Notes: generated by a model not told the origin, from the sequence alone. Positions 18,341 to 27,680 are shown, numbered from the stretch's first letter. The stretch is 59,112 bases of DNA from a virus (IMGVR_UViG_3300022923_000017:1-59112); one strand, 5' to 3'. A program made the numbers and translations.

Positions 18341-19129
18341 ATGCCAGACTTTATAGTAAAAACAGATATCGACAATTTCTTACAGAGCGATGACAAAGCA
18401 GCAGGCCGTGACAATCTAGGTATAAATCTAGATTCGGTTACCGCCGCGGGAGCAACCACCCTAAACGATATTAGCGTAGGGAGAATTGCAACATCGCATC
18501 CAAACAATCCAGCATTGAGCAACTCAGCAACCGGCAACCAAGCTTGTGCTATTGGAGGCATTCAAAACGTAGTAAGCGGAAATCGCTCGGTAAGTTATGG
18601 AGGGCGTGAGAATGTAATCACTGGCAACGATAGTTCTACAATCGGAGGCTACGGTCAAAGCGTAATTGGTATTGAATCGGAGGCCTTAGGATCAACAAAC
18701 CTTAAATTATTTTCTAAATATACTTCTGCTGTAGGAGCAGCAAATAGCACTATAGGAACACTGGATGGAGTTGCTCCAAACCCAGAAGACCTTTACGAAA
18801 ATATTTCAGACGCAAAACATTCTATTATCTTAGGTGGTGAATATATAGAAATCCAACACGCAGTACATGCCGCTACAGTGGGGGGACAGACTAACACAAT
18901 TCAGACTGGGCATGATCGCTCTGTGATTTTAGGAGGCACGGGCATCACAACCGATGCAGCGGATACAGCATTCGTTGATAATCTTGATGTTAAAGGTTCT
19001 GTATATATAAACCAGATCACAGCAGCAGACACTGATAAATCAGGTAAGTGCCAGTTATGGGTAAACGCCACAGGTGATTTGTATCTCACACTCCCTAACG
19101 GCACAGACAGACAAATTGCGTTCGTGTAA
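18341..19129 (+). CDS. fibre/adhesin-like protein with YadA-head-like beta repeats
   Basis: Repeated ~14-aa units of type S/A-x-x-x-GG-x-x-N-x-I/V. Confidence 0.55.
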   Translation: MPDFIVKTDIDNFLQSDDKAAGRDNLGINLDSVTAAGATTLNDISVGRIATSHPNNPALSNSATGNQACAIGGIQNVVSGNRSVSYGGRENVITGNDSSTIGGYGQSVIGIESEALGSTNLKLFSKYTSAVGAANSTIGTLDGVAPNPEDLYENISDAKHSIILGGEYIEIQHAVHAATVGGQTNTIQTGHDRSVILGGTGITTDAADTAFVDNLDVKGSVYINQITAADTDKSGKCQLWVNATGDLYLTLPNGTDRQIAFV

Positions 19130-19136
19130 ATAAACT

Positions 19137-19223
19137 TTTAAGGTAACACGCTGTTACTTTAAATGAGATGCCCTCGGGGTCTCACAACAACATAACCCTG
19201 CCTAATAGGAGGAACAATAAATG
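19137..19223 (+). promoter_or_regulatory. structured 5' UTR of hsp20, ROSE-like RNA thermometer candidate
   Basis: Two hairpins, then CCUGCCU-AAU-AGGAGG sequestering the SD with a bulged G. Confidence 0.55.
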
Positions 19224-19661
19224 ACACAATACACAATCCCACGTTCGTGGACAATTGGTTTTGATTCTATCTTTGATAGACTTGAAAGCACTCAATCAAA
19301 CAACTCGACTTATCCGCCTCACAATGTAGTGAAGCACAGTGATACGAGTTTTGAAATAGCACTAGCTGTTGCTGGTTTTAAAGACAAAGACCTTGATGTA
19401 ACACTCGAAAAGAGTATCCTTACGATTGAAGGTGACAATGTATCGCTCAATGGCGATAAAGAATATATCCATAAGGGTATTGCTACACGTAAGTTCAAGA
19501 AACAATTTGATCTTGCTGAGCACATTAGAGTAGAACACGTTAGTATTACTGATGGTATTCTCTCGGTGTATCTCGAAAAAGAGGTACCAGAAGAACTTCA
19601 ACCTAAGAAGTTTACAATTCTTCAAGCGGCCCCTGGCGATCCAGAGTTCTTGACTGAATAA
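19221..19661 (+). CDS. hsp20: small heat-shock protein (Hsp20/IbpA family)
   Basis: IGFDSIFD, YPPHNV, IALAVAGF, YIHKGIATRKF, DGILSV. Confidence 0.93.
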   Translation: MTQYTIPRSWTIGFDSIFDRLESTQSNNSTYPPHNVVKHSDTSFEIALAVAGFKDKDLDVTLEKSILTIEGDNVSLNGDKEYIHKGIATRKFKKQFDLAEHIRVEHVSITDGILSVYLEKEVPEELQPKKFTILQAAPGDPEFLTE

Positions 19662-19730
19662 ACACTTAAGGTCTTTCCCTCTTTCACCTAAAGTAAAGGG
19701 GACTTTTGTGGTTTTGAAAACAATTACTTG

Positions 19731-19738
19731 TATAAATA
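19731..19738 (+). promoter_or_regulatory. late promoter
   Basis: TATAAATA upstream of 19789. Confidence 0.7.
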
Positions 19739-19788
19739 GTAATATATGGCAAGCATTCTAGCTAAGTGCCATAATAACTAATTTAATT

Positions 19789-20616
19789 ATGGCCATTTGG
19801 AATAAGATAGAGCAATTGCTCAACCGTAACAACACGGAGCAGTATGAAGTTATCATGCTGGCAGACAAAGACGGTAACATCATTAACACCTTTGGTGCTG
19901 CATCTAATATCCCGATCGCCGCAGGTGAAGTTACTGGATACTCTGATGTTCATAAGTTCGGAATGGTTAATGGTAGTGCTGGCAGCGCTTGGACAACTGT
20001 TTGGAGTGCAGCAGATACCGCCGAGACAAAACTATACCCTTGGGAAACAGCAGCTGGAACGTTAAGTGTTGTATCGTCATCAGGTGATGATACAGATGGA
20101 GGTGCTGGTACTCACACAATTACGGTTTACGGACTTGATACAGACTATAATGAAGTAAGCGAAACCTTTACGTTGAGTGGCGAAACTGAAACAGCAGAAG
20201 GAGTTGTTGTATTTCATAGAGTATACAGGGCTAAGGTTTCTTCAGGAAGTACAAACGTTGGTAGACTTGGTGTCTTCAATGGTACCGCTCTAGTAGCTGA
20301 GATTGCTCCCGAAATGGGACAAACACAGATGTGTGTCTATACTATTCCTGCAGGAAAGACTGGATATCTCACGCGATTAGGCGCATCAAGTTCAAAGAAC
20401 ATCTCAACAACCGTATCTTTATTTCAGAGACCTCACTTAGAAACCTTTCACTTGACAGCTAGTGCAATGGCGCTTTATCAAAACTCACAGACTATCGATT
20501 TTGATGTACCGCTTGCATTTGCTGAAAAAACAGATCTAGACCTGAGGCAAGTCGGCGCTGCTAATAACGTAATTGCTGCAGATTTCAATATCATTCTAGT
20601 AGATAACCCAGTTTAA
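19789..20616 (+). CDS. hypothetical beta-rich, probably virion-associated protein
   Basis: Late promoter; Gly/Thr-rich; GQTQMCVYTIPAGKTGYL motif. Confidence 0.6.
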   Translation: MAIWNKIEQLLNRNNTEQYEVIMLADKDGNIINTFGAASNIPIAAGEVTGYSDVHKFGMVNGSAGSAWTTVWSAADTAETKLYPWETAAGTLSVVSSSGDDTDGGAGTHTITVYGLDTDYNEVSETFTLSGETETAEGVVVFHRVYRAKVSSGSTNVGRLGVFNGTALVAEIAPEMGQTQMCVYTIPAGKTGYLTRLGASSSKNISTTVSLFQRPHLETFHLTASAMALYQNSQTIDFDVPLAFAEKTDLDLRQVGAANNVIAADFNIILVDNPV

Positions 20617-20626
20617 GATTTTAGTG

Positions 20627-20655
20627 TTTACATGCCACTCATTCTGTGGTATAAT
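20627..20655 (+). promoter_or_regulatory. early-type promoter for gp43
   Basis: GTTTACA-17-TATAAT with extended -10 TG, ATG 6 nt downstream. Confidence 0.8.
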
Positions 20656-20661
20656 TACATT

Positions 20662-23136
20662 ATGATATTAAGCGGATTCTACACAAGCGTCGAGCGATTC
20701 GGCAACAAACTCCTTTATCGTGGTTACGATACAAATGGCAAAAAGGTTTCTCATAGGATAGCGTATAAGCCAACGTTATATCTTAAGTCTAAAAAGACCG
20801 ACACTGACTGGAAAGCTCTCGATGGAACACCAGTCGAACCTTTACAATTCGGCAATATGGCTGAAGTAAAAGAATTTGAGAAGACTTATAGTGGTGTTCC
20901 AGATTTTAAGTTATACGGCAACACACGTCATATTCCAGCATTCATTCAGAATCAGTTTCCAAATGAGATAGCGTATAGTCGTAATATGGTCGATGTCGTA
21001 TCCTTAGATATTGAAACATCGTATGGTGATGGGTTTCCTGAAGTGGATAACCCAATGAATCAGATTCTTACTATTGCCCTAAAGAGCTCAAAGGATGATA
21101 CGTATCGAGTATGGGGAATGAAGCCATACGATGAACTTAGCACTCAGCTTAAACACCTTAAGATCGATTATCGACAGTTCACGGCTGAATCATCGATGCT
21201 TACTGCCTTCATCGACTTTTGGGCTAATCCTGAAAATACACCTGATATCATTACTGGTTGGAATACACGCTTCTTTGATATTCCTTATATGGTTGCTCGC
21301 ATGTCGTTTCTCCTTGGCGAAGAGAAGGTGCGTGAATTATCACCTTGGAAAAAGATTGATCGCAAAGAGATTTTTATTAAAGGTCGTCAGCAAGTTACAT
21401 TTGACTTGATGGGTATTCAGCACCTTGACTATATGGAACTCTTTAAGAAGTTCGCATACACGTATGGCAATCAAGAGTCATACTCGCTAAATCATATTTC
21501 AAGTGTTGTGCTTGGAGAAAAGAAGTTAGACTATTCTGAGATTGGTACATTGCGTGATCTATACGATGCTGACTTTCAAATGTTTGTTGACTACAATATC
21601 AAAGATGTTGAGCTAATAGATCGAATGGAAGAGAAGCTTGGCCTTATCACATTGGTATTGACTATGGCATATCTCGGAGGAGTTAACTATACCGACACTC
21701 TTGGTACCACCGCGATATGGGATTCGATTATCTTTCGTCGACTAGCACGTTCTCGAATTGCCGTTGTTCCAGGTGAAAAACATCCGGCGCAACCATTTCC
21801 AGGTGGGTATGTGAAAGATCCTCATGTAGGAATGCACGATTGGGTTATGTCGTTCGATTTAAATTCACTATATCCCAATCTTATTGTGCAATACAACATG
21901 TCACCTGAAACTCTTATGCGAGAGTCAGGCGCTGTAGGTGCTACTGCGTCGAACGGTGCAGTATTTCGTAAAGACAAGAAAGGCATTATTCCTGAAATTG
22001 TCGAAGAGTTGTATGCTAAACGTGTAGACATTAAACAGGATATGTTGACAGCAAAGCATAAGTTAGAAACGATCTCTAAACACGAGAAATATGAATATAA
22101 TCAAACAGTTGGCCAAGTAGCACGACTCGAAACTCTACAGACTGCTATTAAGATTCTACTAAATAGTTTATATGGTGCTCTTGGAAATCGCTACTTCCGC
22201 TACTTTGATATTCAAGTTGCATCAGCAGTTACTCTTACTGGACAAGAAGTTATTAAATATGCTGAAACCAAAGTGAATAAATATCTCGATGAATTCATTG
22301 GCGAGCCTAAGGATCGTGTTATCGCAATGGATACTGATTCTCTCTACATAGGAGTAAAAGACATCGTTGATAAGTTTAAGCCAAAGAACACCGTTGCCTT
22401 TCTTGATGAGATTGGTTCTAAAGCAATTGAGCCTATGCTTGAAAAAGCCTTTGATGAATTTGCTGAAAGAACTAATGCGTATTCAAATCGTATGGTTATG
22501 AAGAGAGAAGCTATTGCTGATCGTGGTATTTGGACTGCGAAGAAGCGATACATCCTCAACGTTCATAATAACGAAGGTGTTCAATACGCCGAGCCAAAGA
22601 TCAAGATCATGGGAATTGAAGCAGTTAAGTCTTCTACACCTCAGGCGTGTCGTAGTGCAATGAATGAAATGTTTAAGATCATTGTAACAGGTGACGAAGA
22701 TAAGACACAAGCAGCAATCGCAACATTCAAAGATCACTTTAAAACGTTATCGCCTGATAAGGTTGCCTTCCCTCGAGGAGTAACCGATGTTCGAGGATAT
22801 GCCGATAACCAATTAATCTATCGTAAAGGCACCCCGATTCATTCTCGAGGTTCTCTCTTATATAACCACTATCTAAAAGCGAATGGCTTAGACAAGAAAT
22901 ACCAACTTATTCAAAGCGGTGATAAGATTAAGTTCGTATATTTGTTAATTCCAAACTCAATTCAAGAGAATGTCATTAGCTTTCCTGATCACTTACCAGA
23001 CGAATTAGGTCTACATAAATATATAGACTACAACCTACAATTCAAAAAAGCATTCCTCGATCCTATCGACATCATCCTGAATGCTATCGGATGGCACGCT
23101 GAGCCTCAAGCTGATTTACAGCAGTTCTTCTTTTAG
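20662..23136 (+). CDS. gp43: family B DNA polymerase
   Basis: DIET exonuclease I, SFDLNSLYP, KILLNSLYGALG, DTDS, KKRY; C-terminal clamp-binding LQQFF. Confidence 0.98.
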   Translation: MILSGFYTSVERFGNKLLYRGYDTNGKKVSHRIAYKPTLYLKSKKTDTDWKALDGTPVEPLQFGNMAEVKEFEKTYSGVPDFKLYGNTRHIPAFIQNQFPNEIAYSRNMVDVVSLDIETSYGDGFPEVDNPMNQILTIALKSSKDDTYRVWGMKPYDELSTQLKHLKIDYRQFTAESSMLTAFIDFWANPENTPDIITGWNTRFFDIPYMVARMSFLLGEEKVRELSPWKKIDRKEIFIKGRQQVTFDLMGIQHLDYMELFKKFAYTYGNQESYSLNHISSVVLGEKKLDYSEIGTLRDLYDADFQMFVDYNIKDVELIDRMEEKLGLITLVLTMAYLGGVNYTDTLGTTAIWDSIIFRRLARSRIAVVPGEKHPAQPFPGGYVKDPHVGMHDWVMSFDLNSLYPNLIVQYNMSPETLMRESGAVGATASNGAVFRKDKKGIIPEIVEELYAKRVDIKQDMLTAKHKLETISKHEKYEYNQTVGQVARLETLQTAIKILLNSLYGALGNRYFRYFDIQVASAVTLTGQEVIKYAETKVNKYLDEFIGEPKDRVIAMDTDSLYIGVKDIVDKFKPKNTVAFLDEIGSKAIEPMLEKAFDEFAERTNAYSNRMVMKREAIADRGIWTAKKRYILNVHNNEGVQYAEPKIKIMGIEAVKSSTPQACRSAMNEMFKIIVTGDEDKTQAAIATFKDHFKTLSPDKVAFPRGVTDVRGYADNQLIYRKGTPIHSRGSLLYNHYLKANGLDKKYQLIQSGDKIKFVYLLIPNSIQENVISFPDHLPDELGLHKYIDYNLQFKKAFLDPIDIILNAIGWHAEPQADLQQFFF

Positions 23137-23138
23137 AG

Positions 23139-23167
23139 TTTACACATCAGCAAATACATGATATAAT
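23139..23167 (+). promoter_or_regulatory. early-type promoter
   Basis: GTTTACA-17-TATAAT, ATG 7 nt downstream. Confidence 0.75.
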
Positions 23168-23174
23168 ATAGATT

Positions 23175-23600
23175 ATGAGTACAGACTGGACCAAAGATAT
23201 AAATGACATGCACACAAAATACGGTGTGCGAGATGCAGTGAAGAATTTCGATAGCGTTATGCTACGACAGTTCCTTCGCTTTCGAGTTGACTTCCTTCGA
23301 GAAGAACTCAATGAAACAGAAGAGGCAATGGAATCAGATAAACCAATTGACTGCGAAGAAGTCGTTGATGGTTTGATTGATCTATGTGTTGTCGCTATCG
23401 GTACACTTGATGCCTTCGGTGTAGATCCATACAAAGCATGGAATCAAGTGCATTCAGCAAACATGGCCAAAGAAGTAGGAATCAAAGAAGGTCGAAATAA
23501 TCCATTAGGGTTACCAGATCTGTGCAAGCCGAGCGGATGGGAAGCTCCAGATCATAGTGGCAACCACGGTCTATTGAGGAACATCAACGGTAAAGTATAA
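23175..23600 (+). CDS. MazG-like all-alpha NTP pyrophosphohydrolase
   Basis: EELNE...EVVDGLID, VHSANMAK, KPSGW. Confidence 0.8.
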   Translation: MSTDWTKDINDMHTKYGVRDAVKNFDSVMLRQFLRFRVDFLREELNETEEAMESDKPIDCEEVVDGLIDLCVVAIGTLDAFGVDPYKAWNQVHSANMAKEVGIKEGRNNPLGLPDLCKPSGWEAPDHSGNHGLLRNINGKV

Positions 23601-24541
23601 TGGAATATTCGCTAACAATCTTCAGCTCGATTTTCGATAATAAAACACATCGAAAAATGACTTTTTCTACATGGGACAAGTTCGAGGAGTTGATGTATTC
23701 GTTAAGCAAACAGCCAGGCTACAAGCCAAAGAAAGGTGAGAGGAAAAACGGTTCAGCGCTCATCACGCCAGCGACATACGAAAATGGAACAACACGCGCC
23801 AATGTGAATGTTAAATCCTGGGCTGGATGGGTTGCTATTGATGTCGATGAATATGAAGGCACCTTTGAGGATGCAATAAAGACATTTAAGAGCTTTCAGT
23901 TCTTATGTTATAGTTCAGCATCGTCAACGTTAGAAAAACCAAAGTTCAGAATCATCTTCCCTCTCACGAAACAAGTAGGATCCGATAAGATTAAGCATCT
24001 TTGGTTTGCGGTAAATAAAGAATTCAATTCACTTGGTGATCCGCAAACCAAAGATCTGTCTCGCATGTACTATATTCCTGCGCAGTATCCTAATGCCAAC
24101 AATTTCATCTTTACACATTCGGCACCAATTCTAGATCCTGATGAGTTGATGGGCAAGCACGAGTTTGTAAGCAATACTAATAACTCGTTTAGTAGTAAGT
24201 TTCCTGAAGCAGTGCAAAAGGAGCTCGATGCATATCGTAAAACCAAACTCACAAACACGAGTTACAGTTGGACGTCTTATCATAACTGCCCATTTGTGAA
24301 TAAGACTCTAGTGAGTGAGTATCGAACTATTGGTGAAGCTGGTTGGTATACTAAGCTCTATCAGATTATGATGAGTATCGCTGCCAATGCCATCCGCCGT
24401 GGATATCCAATCACTTCAGAGGAGGTTGAGAGGCTAGTACGAGAGATTGATATGGATACCGGCGGATGGTACAAAAGCCGCCCAGTGAGGCTTGAGGCGG
24501 CCAGAGCAGTCGATTATGCGCTAAGAAGTGTAAATAATTAG
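23600..24541 (+). CDS. archaeo-eukaryotic primase / prim-pol-like protein
   Basis: AIDVD (DxD), YSSASS..KPKFRIIFPL, DPQTKDLSRMYYIP, helical C-terminal domain. Confidence 0.7.
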   Translation: MEYSLTIFSSIFDNKTHRKMTFSTWDKFEELMYSLSKQPGYKPKKGERKNGSALITPATYENGTTRANVNVKSWAGWVAIDVDEYEGTFEDAIKTFKSFQFLCYSSASSTLEKPKFRIIFPLTKQVGSDKIKHLWFAVNKEFNSLGDPQTKDLSRMYYIPAQYPNANNFIFTHSAPILDPDELMGKHEFVSNTNNSFSSKFPEAVQKELDAYRKTKLTNTSYSWTSYHNCPFVNKTLVSEYRTIGEAGWYTKLYQIMMSIAANAIRRGYPITSEEVERLVREIDMDTGGWYKSRPVRLEAARAVDYALRSVNN

Positions 24542-24544
24542 CCT

Positions 24545-24670
24545 ACATTTTGCAATTTTTTAAGCTGTTTTCCAGAGAAAGTCATAAGTTGTTGGTTGTC
24601 AATGGTATATACCTATGTACAATATACGCCAAATATGGTATAATATATCTATAACCAACCAATAAAGATT
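24545..24670 (+). repeat. promoter cassette copy 3
   Basis: CAATTTT...CATAAGTTGTTGGTTGTCAA...TGTACA(24616)-17-TATAAT(24639)...ACCAACCA. Confidence 0.7.
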
Positions 24671-24898
24671 ATGACAAACTCAATAAAACGTATCATCGAC
24701 AATCCTTACGGATCAAAGTTCACCTCTACTGACACCGAGACTGGCGTCACAGTAGAGATCAAGGAAGCTACTGCAAGTGCTTTCGCGAAATTCACCTCTG
24801 GTGTGTTTCTTACAGCTCGCGCTGAAGTCAACCTCAAGTCAGTTTCAGTTAGCGCTGAGATTTTCCCTGGCACTCTTGGTGCCCTCGCGTCACTCTAA
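24671..24898 (+). CDS. hypothetical early protein
   Basis: First ORF after the promoter cassette. Confidence 0.6.
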   Translation: MTNSIKRIIDNPYGSKFTSTDTETGVTVEIKEATASAFAKFTSGVFLTARAEVNLKSVSVSAEIFPGTLGALASL

Positions 24899-24920
24899 TC
24901 TACGAAAGGAAATTTACATT

Positions 24921-25202
24921 ATGAATACACGTACATCAGACTCATACGTCGACACAGTTCACCACCACACACGAGCGGGCAAAAAGCTTGTTGCTGCCTA
25001 TAGAGCCAAAGTCAAGGCTGAAGACGCTGTCAACGGCACCTCTCGGCGAGTAATGCTTCAAGGTCGCATGGGTGTTGCTAATCCAAACGCTCATAAGTAC
25101 TCTGTAAAGAATCCACCAAACGTTTGGTCTGGCTCACACTCTCATCAGTGTATCAAACTCGCTGACGCGGCTACCGCAGACGTCTACATCTACGACCGTT
25201 AA
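24921..25202 (+). CDS. hypothetical basic protein
   Basis: ATTATG start context; ORF fills gap. Confidence 0.6.
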   Translation: MNTRTSDSYVDTVHHHTRAGKKLVAAYRAKVKAEDAVNGTSRRVMLQGRMGVANPNAHKYSVKNPPNVWSGSHSHQCIKLADAATADVYIYDR

Positions 25203-25217
25203 TCTATAAAATATATT

Positions 25218-25562
25218 ATGAAAATTACTAAAGAAATGGAATCAGCTCTTGATCGAGTTCGCGAAGCAATGATAGTTAAGTACGGTCTTTTTATGCAAGG
25301 AGACGAAGAACATGTCGTCGAGATGCGAGAAGAATTCGCAGACTCTATTGCATATGATATCGGCAATAAGTATATCAAAATTATCAAAGGTGGATCGGTT
25401 CACTCATTCATTGTTAACGTTGAAACTGATAAGAAGTTTGCGTATGGAGATATTTTGAAAGCAGCTAGTTGGTCTGCACCAGCTCGAAACAAAGCCCGCG
25501 GAAGTATATTCAATGAGTCTGATATTAAAACACGACTCTGCTGGACTGGAGTAAATTACTAA
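25218..25562 (+). CDS. conserved phage hypothetical protein
   Basis: KYIKI, SVHSFI, GDILKAASWSAPA..ARGSIF motif typical of T4-like early genes. Confidence 0.7.
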   Translation: MKITKEMESALDRVREAMIVKYGLFMQGDEEHVVEMREEFADSIAYDIGNKYIKIIKGGSVHSFIVNVETDKKFAYGDILKAASWSAPARNKARGSIFNESDIKTRLCWTGVNY

Positions 25563-25563
25563 T

Positions 25564-26001
25564 ATGAAAACATACATTAAAACATACGACCTCTCAAAGG
25601 TTTGGCCTCCGACAGCTACACTTCAGTTTTGCATGAAGAACAACTTTAGTCGTGGACTCAAGTCTGACGAATACAACGACTCAAGCGTGATCAAGCAGCA
25701 GCTAGAAGATTGCCTTAAGAACGACGAAGGATATCTCATTCTCGCTCATAGCGGTGGCAAATACACTGGTTGGGGTATGGCATACAAGAAAGACGATGCT
25801 CGACGAAGTAAAGGTTTTCAGTGCTATGTAATGCCTCGTCAACGGAGAAAGGGAATTGGCACTCGTCTCTTAGAAAAGGCGTGCAGCATTGTTGGTCGAG
25901 TAGAAGTTTATGATCATGCCACTAGCAATAAGTTTTTTAAAGCAAATGGAATTACATGCTGTGAAGCAATCACAGGCAATCGATTAAAGAAAAAGGTATA
26001 A
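25564..26001 (+). CDS. GNAT-family acetyltransferase
   Basis: YVMPRQRRKGIGTRLL acetyl-CoA motif A. Confidence 0.75.
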   Translation: MKTYIKTYDLSKVWPPTATLQFCMKNNFSRGLKSDEYNDSSVIKQQLEDCLKNDEGYLILAHSGGKYTGWGMAYKKDDARRSKGFQCYVMPRQRRKGIGTRLLEKACSIVGRVEVYDHATSNKFFKANGITCCEAITGNRLKKKV

Positions 26002-26002
26002 C

Positions 26003-26167
26003 ATGACAGCGAAAGAACGAATGAAAGCTTGGGAAAACCTAGGTGAACCAAAACCTAATTGGGAAACATTCAAACGAATGATGAGTGTGCTTGATAATAA
26101 CCCTTTAGTTGTAAGAACACTGTGGCTAAAGAAGAACTCTCAATCTAAAGTAACAATCACACAATAA
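26003..26167 (+). CDS. small hypothetical protein (54 aa)
   Basis: Manual translation MTAKERMKAWENLGEPKPNW...; fills gap. Confidence 0.45.
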   Translation: MTAKERMKAWENLGEPKPNWETFKRMMSVLDNNPLVVRTLWLKKNSQSKVTITQ

Positions 26168-26169
26168 TT

Positions 26170-26292
26170 ATGAAAGATCCATATAAAGCAGAAGAAGCAT
26201 TAGGCATGATACTTATCACGCTCTTTGGAGTGTGTGTAGTTGGTTTAATAGTCGCAACAATAGGAGCAATTGCATCGGCATTCAATCTATAA
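26170..26292 (+). CDS. small single-TM protein (40 aa)
   Basis: Manual translation MKDPYKAEEALGMILITLFGVCVVGLIVATIGAIASAFNL. Confidence 0.45.
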   Translation: MKDPYKAEEALGMILITLFGVCVVGLIVATIGAIASAFNL

Positions 26293-26300
26293 ATAACATT

Positions 26301-26543
26301 ATGAAAACAACAAAAAAAGATTTCATTACAGGAGCTGTAGTGATAACGATTGTATTAACCGCGATGGTTAATGCAGCACCTCAACCTATTTCAGAAATGG
26401 AAACAACTCCTCGCAACTGCTGCTGCTGTTGCTGTTGTCAAAATAAAGATGAAGTCATTTATACATCTGATGATGCTCAACAAGAGCCATCTACTTATCC
26501 AGTAAGTGAACCACCTCCACGCCCAGTTATACTCTCACGATAA
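26301..26543 (+). CDS. signal-peptide/TM protein with a seven-cysteine run
   Basis: TATAAATA at 26288; hydrophobic N-terminus; CCCCCCC. Confidence 0.55.
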   Translation: MKTTKKDFITGAVVITIVLTAMVNAAPQPISEMETTPRNCCCCCCCQNKDEVIYTSDDAQQEPSTYPVSEPPPRPVILSR

Positions 26544-26547
26544 TAAT

Positions 26548-26916
26548 ATGGAACAAAACCTATATCACTACAAAGCGCATATCACGAAGGTATATGATGG
26601 CGATACTGTAACAGCAGATATTCATCTTGGTTTCAATATGGTCATGCGTAAACAAAAGCTTCGTTTACTCGGCATTGATACACCTGAAATTCGAGGCGAA
26701 GAACGACCTGAAGGTCTGGTATCTCGAGATCGCTTGTCTGAACTCATTCTTAATACTGATGTTCACATCGTAACGCATCAAGATAAGAGCGGTAAATACG
26801 GCCGATGGTTAGTAACGATCTATGCGCAATTCCGCGATTTAGATAAAGACGAAACTAATTGGATAAACTGTAACGCTCTCCTACTCAACGAAAATTTAGC
26901 AAAGGTTTACAAATAA
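26548..26916 (+). CDS. thermonuclease (SNase)-like protein
   Basis: KVYDGDTV, RLLGIDTPE, GKYGRWL. Confidence 0.85.
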   Translation: MEQNLYHYKAHITKVYDGDTVTADIHLGFNMVMRKQKLRLLGIDTPEIRGEERPEGLVSRDRLSELILNTDVHIVTHQDKSGKYGRWLVTIYAQFRDLDKDETNWINCNALLLNENLAKVYK

Positions 26917-27164
26917 TGTATAACGGCAAATACGATAAAGAAGACACTCGAGAAGTATACGACAGAAATTGCGTCATCATCCGCGAAGATACCAAAGCCG
27001 AAGTTGACGGAGATGTCATCCTCTTCAGGCCGAAGGAATTCTTAAAGGTTGTGATTGGTAAATCAGTTATGCTCAACCTTCAATACGAACCATCATATGG
27101 TGGTTACATTGGCGAAAAATCGAAGATGCCTTTTATTTCAAAAGGACCTAAGCGCCTAAAGTAG
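26916..27164 (+). CDS. hypothetical protein
   Basis: 82-aa ORF coupled to previous stop. Confidence 0.55.
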   Translation: MYNGKYDKEDTREVYDRNCVIIREDTKAEVDGDVILFRPKEFLKVVIGKSVMLNLQYEPSYGGYIGEKSKMPFISKGPKRLK

Positions 27165-27169
27165 TTTTT

Positions 27170-27392
27170 CAGTGGTAAGTTCCATAAAGGAACCAACCAC
27201 TTTGTTCTTTCACAGTTTAATAAGTTTGCTGGTGATAGGTAATCCTATCTTAAAGATTCTGGTGGAACGGAATCGCCAGCAGCATTTGTAAATAAAGAGT
27301 ATCTGCAATGTTTACAAATTGTTAAAGACGGCAAATCGTGTTAACAGAATGTAAACCGCTTTGAAGAACGGCCGAAATGCCAACGGTTTGGA
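27170..27392 (+). ncRNA. candidate structured ncRNA (multi-hairpin)
   Basis: ORF-free gap with about five consecutive stem-loop domains including a three-way junction. Confidence 0.4.
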
Positions 27393-27404
27393 ATAAGTAA
27401 TAGT

Positions 27405-27680
27405 ATGAGACACTTACTACTATTATTACTTTTACCATCATCACTATTCGGCTTCAATGAAATGATAGCAGTACAAACTCTTCAAGACAATGGAAATTTC
27501 CAACACACTGTATGTGAAGTAAAGACTGCATACGCAAACAAAGGTGATCACGTCTTATACAAGAATGTAACACCTCGCGATGGAATGATCATTCTCACAG
27601 ATGATGGTAAGTGTGTTAAGTATAATAAGAACATCATTGCTGATAGAGTAGTAGTTGCTATAGTGAAAAGATACACATAA
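27405..27680 (+). CDS. hypothetical protein with signal peptide
   Basis: MRHLLLLLLLPSSLFG N-terminus. Confidence 0.55.
   Translation: MRHLLLLLLLPSSLFGFNEMIAVQTLQDNGNFQHTVCEVKTAYANKGDHVLYKNVTPRDGMIILTDDGKCVKYNKNIIADRVVVAIVKRYT

Noticed and set aside
20662-23136. Introns or inteins in gp43 (also checked nrdA, nrdB, gp41, uvsX)
   Set aside because: All are uninterrupted ORFs of normal or short length
27355-27392. Hammerhead ribozyme (TTGAAGA...CGAAA)
   Set aside because: Core deviates from CUGANGA and I could not build stems II and III with a cleavage triplet
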